This document shows, piece by piece, positions 51,801-58,829 of a stretch of DNA of 58,829 bases. A program made the translations under genes and the position numbers. Numbering within the stretch: position 1 is the stretch's first letter; every line of letters starts with the position of its first letter. The DNA is from Trichoplax sp. H2 (taxonomy: Eukaryota): assembly GCA_003344405.1 (NCBI GenBank), contig NOWV01000115.1:186001-244829 (forward strand), read 5' to 3'. The notes under the pieces are model-generated. The model was not told where the DNA came from. It saw nothing but the letters and a program-made list of their open reading frames with translations, and searched no databases.

Positions 51801-54071
51801 ATTTTGATTAATGTAATTTGCTTAATGAAGTAGATTAATTTATACAAGAGATAATCTTACTGGGAAATGATACTACTGAACTATAGAATCCAACATTAGT
51901 AGAAGGAATATGACTAAAAATCAACCGAAATTTTAACTTCGTGTTCTGCTGTACTTAGCTATTACAAAATCTACGTGTACATGATTTTCCTAAAATAGGA
52001 AGTGTGTTTTTGTCCTTTATTAGCATGTATGTAATTTCTTTAGTAGTCTTTATTTCAATTCTCAAATAGGTCAACTTCGATTTATTTTATATGCGCAACT
52101 TGTAATGGAAAATATCATATATTACTTGATTAATAGTACTATCATAGTTATTATAGCTATCAGCTGAATGTTTCATACTTTCCTATAATTTATAAATCTC
52201 TGGCTATGAAAAGTCTTCATTTATTTTACATTTAAACATTTGCGAATGCTGACTGTTTTACTTTAATAGGTGACATACACAGCAATAGCTCGGACCGATT
52301 TCTTGAACTCCTTTTCATTTAGCTATGCGAAAGGGAATAGCTATTTCGTGTTGAGGACACCTTCACTAATGCTTGATGGATGGTGGCATGATTATCGATC
52401 CTTTGATTTCTATGAAACATCTGCATTTCGAGTAAGTGCATTACAGATATGTAATATGAGTGTTAATTTGTCAATTATATACGTTACATTTAAATCTAAC
52501 TGTTGTATTTTGATGTATCAAAAATGGTATTTTAAAATTTTGGGCCTGGTAAGTATTCTGTAAATTTTAGAGCAATACAAGTAGAGCTGTTCTCAATCAT
52601 TTAGTATTGGATAACTAGGTTTAATTACCAATTTGATACATATTTTCTGATGTTAGACTTTTAGTAATGTCTTCATTTGCGTAGCAGTATGTAATTTAGC
52701 AATATGCTACGTGGAGTCTGGTTAAAAGCGATGTTTAGAAACTTTAACGAAATGCCATCTACTACCTGACCTTACGTATTTTTATTCATTAACTTAGTAC
52801 ACATTAAAAATTTATTGAATACAAGTACAATTATTCAATCTTACAGCTGAGAATATATGCAGAAACAAGATGGCAGTCGCATTCTAACGGAAATTTTGGA
52901 CTGGATAACATATTAATCCACAACGTTGAATTAGCTGGAAGTACGTAGCAATAATGTCAATAATCAGGTTTTACTGGCTAAGTATTTAACCTTATCGGTG
53001 ACGTAATTGAAATTGCAGTAATCCCGCTTCTTATAAGATGATGATCAGTAAACATTTTTTATAAATTTTAGATTCGACTTTCGCTACGCTTGGTCCCATC
53101 GTTGCGGTATTAAGCGCTGTCTTCGTTGTAATAGTAATCATTTACAAGCGTCAGATATGGCGTCGATTGAGGAATACTTCACAAGTTCAACAGCAAAATA
53201 ATAATGTTGCTCTAAAGAATGTCGACAATCATAATTATCCGCTTACAAATTCAACATTTAATATGGGTTCGCAAGCGACGTATGATCAGAATTCAATTCC
53301 TATGCCAAATCCATCTTTACCGTCTCAAATTCCGAGTGGTACCTCAACGGAAGTAGTAAGTTCACAATTTAAAGAGAAAAATAGCTGTGATTATTCAACA
53401 AATGTCGATAATTACACTTATCCACTTACAATCCCTACATTTAATACTGCTTCGCAGGCTACCTACAACCAGAATTTAATTCCTATGCCAAATCCATCTT
53501 TATCGTCTCAAACTCTAAGTGCTTTTTCAACTGGGCCTATAACTTCACGATTTGATGACAAAAATGACAACTTTACTTCAATGAAAGTCGATAATCATAA
53601 TTATCTATCTACAAGCTCAGCATTAAATGCGGATTCGCAAGCTACTTATAATCAAAATTCAATTTCTATGCCAAGTCCGTCTTTCACGAGCCCAGCTCTG
53701 AGCGGTACCTTAGAGGGAGGAGTAACTTCACAAGCTGGTATATTCGTATTAAAATAATTACAGTTATCTTGTTAATACATAAAATTTTATAAGAGAACTA
53801 ACTCACATTTACAAAAGCAGAACGTTATTAATGTAAATTACTTAAATGTGTACCGAATCAAACATTTCATAAAATTCGGTAATCCAACTCATACGCCGTA
53901 TAGTTGTCAGCCAGTTTTAAGTCTGCTGCACCATTTCACTTTAATTTAAATAGAAAATCGCTTGTACAGGCATTTCAATCTAATAATACAGTATCTTTAT
54001 CAATTTTTGCGTATATTTTAGGTCATTCAGATATCCCACCAGATTATGCAAAAGTGGTTTCAACATCTTAA
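48824..54071 (+). CDS. Type I membrane protein: signal peptide, LRR-cap-like Cys module, MAM-like domain, TM, repetitive Ser/Thr/Asn/Tyr tail with PPxY
   Basis: Phase-compatible exons 48824..49023, 50651..50814, 51187..51303, 51389..51498, 52270..52431, 52847..52940, 53072..53737 and 54022..54071. Motifs are CPKNCLC....IIC, CYFTDGFCSWTQ, AILTTP, FGLDNI, TM PIVAVLSAVFVVIVIIY and terminal PPDYAKVVSTS. Further small exons are possible. Confidence 0.72.
53218..53737 (+). repeat. Three 183-nt (61-aa) coding repeats in the cytoplasmic tail, third one slightly truncated
   Basis: Units beginning (N/K)VDN.. start at 53218, 53401 and 53584, each containing SQATY.QN.I.MP.PS. Confidence 0.9.
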
Positions 54072-56624
54072 AGGCCAACAAGTTCTAAATATATCAAGTG
54101 CACCATAAATTTTAATAATAAGATTTCATTTCTGTACGGAAAGACAATGAATAATGACACGGGTATTTAAAAAAATTTATATAAGTCATTAGTGAGGTGT
54201 AACAGTTCCTGAACTTTAAAGACTAGTATGCTGATAAGACATGATTGACTCTCCATATAAAAGTTTTATTATTATGTTGTATTAGTTTAAGTTTTTCAAT
54301 AGTTGCTTCGGCAAATGTCTAGATCATTAGAGCATTAAATCCTACTGTTGTGGACTACCATACTTCCTTAAAAATTAACTAGACTAGCATAAAACTTCTA
54401 CTTTCGGTTGCTCTCACAGATTATAACGCTAATATGTAGTAGCATCTTGTAAAAGCATCTTACTACTATGATACCCAGGTCATTTTTTCTATAAGGCTTG
54501 AAATTGAATATTTAATTTGCAAAATAGCCTTTGAAGACTTCATTCTGTGATCTTACTATCGGATATTCTTCCTAAATCAACTGCTTATGCTAATAAAATG
54601 TAATTATAAATTACGAATAGTTAACAATGATCCAAGATATTTCTTGAAAATTCTGCATCAATTCTTTCTCGATATTTGAAAGTCTTTACAGCGTTAGTAT
54701 TGATGTAAATGTTATGATTTTGTATTTGATATACTGTATCACCGAAATTACGATTGTTATTGTCGGTTAGTTTGCAGCTAATCATCCAAAGTAGCAGAGA
54801 TAGGATATATACAAGATTGTACTCGTTGCAATTATAAAGTATCTCTCTTAGCCGTGGGTTACTACAACTCAATAAAGCTAAATCGCAAGTGCATCTTAGA
54901 ACTGTAGTAGGAGTACCTCAAGGAATTAATCAGCAAGTTCTGTAGTAGATCTTCAGTTTTCGTACTTGCTGGCTCATGCATGCTCACTGTGTATAAAATT
55001 GTAATAGCGAATTCTATATTCGTTGGAAATAGCTTAGTTAATAAATTATCAGTAAGCCTTCATATAGCTAATAAAATTGCAGTGTATCTAGATCTCATTT
55101 TAAGTTCTAAACATATTCTTAATGATAGGCATTTTGCATTCTTCATATAGATATTTTTACAGTCTGTTACTGATATATGCAAATATAGCTATCAATAATT
55201 AGTTATTTATAGCACCTACAGTCTTTGCTATTTTTCATAATTATTTACTGTTACATAGTCTCTTATGTTATATCTTGGATCAAATTCTACAATCCGGTTT
55301 TCTGCATACGTTCTATCTCAAACGCTATAAATACTTATGATTTCTGTTTCAGATTTGTTAGTACAACTATTCTTCAGTTCACTATATTATTATAATTAAC
55401 AACAAAATATTATATGCACTAATAATTCGCCATGTAGTAACGTTATGTAAATTTTGAAGTGTATAATTGTGCTATGGCTGTGCTGTAGGCACTAGTGTCT
55501 GACGAATAACACTGATACAATGTGGAATGTATCGGAATGGGAACACTAGAGAAACATACTATATATAAGACGTCGAGATTAGAAATAAAGAGCAAATTAT
55601 ACAAGTGCATTCAAATGAAGTCTAAACGTCTTAACAATTAGTTGTATTTACTATTATTAGTATCTGCGCTCGTTACTTCATAACAGCTTAATTATGCCGA
55701 TCTAGTAGTAACTACCACACTGTACCTAATAATATCATTAATGGAGTATCTATTTTTGTCGTAAAACCTATCGTGTAAAGAATGGTGGAGTACAGTGATG
55801 TCAAGTGATATGTAATTAAAACGATTGAAATATCTTCTCTATACTGTACGTTTGTTTTGGAGTTTCTGTACGAATCAAGTCAGAAGTCATCGTTGAAGGG
55901 ATTTTCAGGACTCTACTTAACCGTAGGGCATGACGCAGCATATTCTATACCTGTGTCATCCTAGAAGAAAGTTATTATAGTCACCGTCTTAACATATTCT
56001 GCGATGCTGCGTTTACAGCGTTAAAATTCAACGTAGATATCATTTTATCACGAGTTATGTTATTATTAGGTAAAGTCTTAAATAATAGCTATTGGTAATT
56101 GTCAATTTAAATGTCAAATCATGTAAAATATTCCTTCTGATGATGGATTATCAAGACGTTCTTGAGGGCAATATTCCCTAGAGTTCTATCTATGATTTTC
56201 TTATTCTTTTACTTATTCACATTACCGTAGTCAACGAAAAATGTAACGGATAACCTTACTTTGGTACCCTTAGTCATAATATGCTTATTAAAAATTGAAA
56301 ACTGACATTACGAATCTACTATCAGGCTTTTCTTCTCTAACGTCTACATACAGTCAAAAACTACTCGACTTATATTCAGTCATTGTAGTGTGACCTAGCT
56401 GGGACTATGGGGTAGTCGTGAGTGAATATTTTATTGCAAAATCATTCAATTTATAGCAAATCTAGATAAGTAATCATTATCAGTTTATTGATAATACTAT
56501 GTATGCAAGTATGCATTTGTCTATTATAAAGATGTAAAACATCGTAGATAAATTAATATATAAGCATTCCTTGATAAGTTATCGTATAGACAACTATGCA
56601 TAAGTTACTACTAACAATGCTATA

Positions 56625-57090
56625 CAGTAAATAGTGTTAGAGAATAGGAAAAATATTTCCAGTTCTTTTGGCAACGACTATTGTGTAAGTATAGAGACCA
56701 GGATAAGAAATGGAATTTATTATTATAACAGCTATTGCTAAAATTTTCTCTACATAATAGTACTCGTATATAAGTACTTTTATCAACGCTACTATGAGCA
56801 GGGTGTTCCGTAATTTTTACTGGTAATAATATATAATCATTAGACCCCCCCCCCATCCCTTATCGGTACTTTACGGTAAATAGTGTTAGCAGATTGAGCG
56901 AAAAGACCGATTTGATTTGATAGAGACATAAATCTAAGTAAATAGACCACGATAAGAAATGGAATTTATTATGACAACAGTCACTGCTAAAATTTACCCC
57001 ATATTATGTATATTAGTACTTTTACGAGAGGGTAATAGGAGCAGGGCATTCTTCATTTCTAATAGTAACAATAATCATCAGACCTCTCCT
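56625..57090. repeat. Diverged ~250-bp tandem duplication immediately upstream of the last gene
   Basis: GTAAATAGTGTTAG, GATAAGAAATGGAATTTATTAT, GCTAAAATTT, AGTACTTTTA, GAGCAGGG and ATAATCAT.AGACC all recur at an offset of ~249-250. Confidence 0.75.
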
Positions 57091-57201
57091 CTCTTTGTTT
57101 GCATTACTGACTTTCTTGAATATTTATAAGTCTTATTAACTATAAAAGAACAATTATTAATCATGTGACTCGACTACCATAAATACAAAACTACATCCAA
57201 A

Positions 57202-58757
57202 ATGGCGAAATCTTCCAAAGTGCTGCTATATGTAGCACTTTTATACATTTTATGCAATAAGGTGGTAGTTAATGGCGATCACATAAAGCAACTATCATAC
57301 GTAGACTGTCTCAATGGCTGTTCCTGTAATCATACAGATGCTGTATGCTCTAATCTCGAAGAGGCTTTAGCTTCTGTAGCACTCCAAAAACGAACAGTGT
57401 AAGTCCTTTAACTAGTCTTAAAATGGTGTGAATTTACAGTTTAAAAATAGCATCCGACGTTCAAGTTATTTATTACTTTATTCTTGTACGAGTACAAGCA
57501 GCAGATGATTTAAAAGTACAGAAGTCAATCTTCAACAAGTAAATATCATTTTTTCAACTCTATTGCACTTACAGCCGTACACTTTACTGAATTATTACGA
57601 ATAATATCGTTACAAATCGAAATTTGCAACAAGGAAAAACTTATAACTGTTATAGAAAATAGCACCACGATCCTACTATCAGGTTTAACCTTCCTGATAT
57701 TTTCCTTACTACACGAAGATCTGCTATCTCCAGGAGGAACAGTAGGCATCGCCAGTTTCGAAGCTGAATCGAAATTTTATTAAAAAGCTAGTCAATTTAA
57801 AGTAAATCCCCATAAATATTAGTTGTCAGTACTTAGATAATATTATGAAACTATGCAGTTATCTACTTAAAGCATGTATACTGTCATGGATAATGGTATG
57901 CTATCTAACGTAAATAAAATAGACATTTTGTTGGAAAGTTCACTTCGTGACAAGCAATGATAACAAGTAAAAGGGGATTTTTGTAATTTAATTTAATCGG
58001 TAGTTAGCAGCCTTTTAATTAAGAGTAGAGGATTGATTATTATAATCAGCAAAATAGAGAGCAGTATACTGCAGAGTTTTTCTAACAAGGATAATTCAAA
58101 AGCTTTAGATCATGCAGCTGATGATTACATCAACATTAAACTATTTTCATATTGAGTTCCTATAGGAGCGATGTCTACTTTAACGAATGAATTTATATCT
58201 GTGCTAGCCCTCATCATTATTTTGTTGATAGGTATAATGTTTAATTGTACAGTAGATAAGCTAGAAAGAGGCTGTACTTGTTAATGTGCTATTTAGCGTG
58301 TAAATGAAAGCGTAATATGAGTATCGGGCTAATGACAGTAATCACATAAAATTATTTAATTGAATAGTATCGAAATTGCTTAATTTACGGTTAGTTTATC
58401 AGGAGCTATTTCTATTTTTATGTTACTGAATCTTTAGTACTTCTATGTAATTTTGTTACTACGACTTTAAAATTACTAGTGATCAAACTACCAGTAAACA
58501 GATCAATTTATTTTCTTGAAACTGAAAGACAGAATTTAAAATTTTTATGTACCTAATTTTTGATAAATTCTTTCTCATATATAGCACTTTATTACAAAAA
58601 TTGCCTTGTCGAGATCGTAGCTTAAGAGAACTCATCCAGCTCTCAAACAAGAGAGATGTTACGATAGTTTTTAGATGCTACGGATCGAAAGAGTACATGA
58701 ATCCAAAACGTAAGAATGGACTGGAACTGAAATCTAATATTGAAACAGCAAGAAGAG
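57202..58757 (+). CDS. 5' part of a paralog of the 48824 gene (exons 57202..57398 and 58585..58757; probably continues beyond the window)
   Basis: Signal peptide plus DCLNGCSC....AVCSNLEE, with the same phase-2 intron. Exon 2 LLQKLPC....LRELIQLSNKRDVTIVFRC aligns to ILEQELEC....IKQLAKLSNQRHIQLIGYC, and both end RR with a phase-1 donor. Confidence 0.75.
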
Positions 58758-58829
58758 GTAAGATCCACTAGCGGTACGGCACTTAAATATCTCTTATACT
58801 ACTGGCTAACAGAATCATAATAAGATCAA

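Overview
This is AT-rich, intron-rich eukaryotic DNA with GT-AG introns, most consistent with an early-branching animal (placozoan-like; this assignment is inference). Left to right it contains: (1) an intronless, bacterial-type PhzF-family gene whose canonical catalytic Glu is replaced by Ala; (2) an assembly gap flanked by two apparently allelic copies, one carrying a 480-bp MITE with a CAG target-site duplication; (3) two tandem two-exon paralogs encoding unrecognised ~820-850 aa multi-pass membrane proteins with a Cys-rich ectodomain; (4) a tandem array of four intact 17-exon ornithine decarboxylase (ODC)-like genes; (5) a ~100-bp minisatellite, several short duplications and a second gap with allelic overlap; (6) a type-I membrane protein gene (LRR-cap-like Cys module, basic cleavage-like site, MAM-like domain, TM, tail with three Tyr-containing repeats and PPxY) and the start of a paralog. 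The strongest lead is the ODC array. All four copies have lost the acidic diamine-binding residues (D332/D361 equivalents), each in a different way, and copy 4 has also lost the PLP lysine (K69Q). This suggests a diversified set of decarboxylases for non-basic amino acids plus a pseudoenzyme. Exon structures were read by eye and have no transcript support here.
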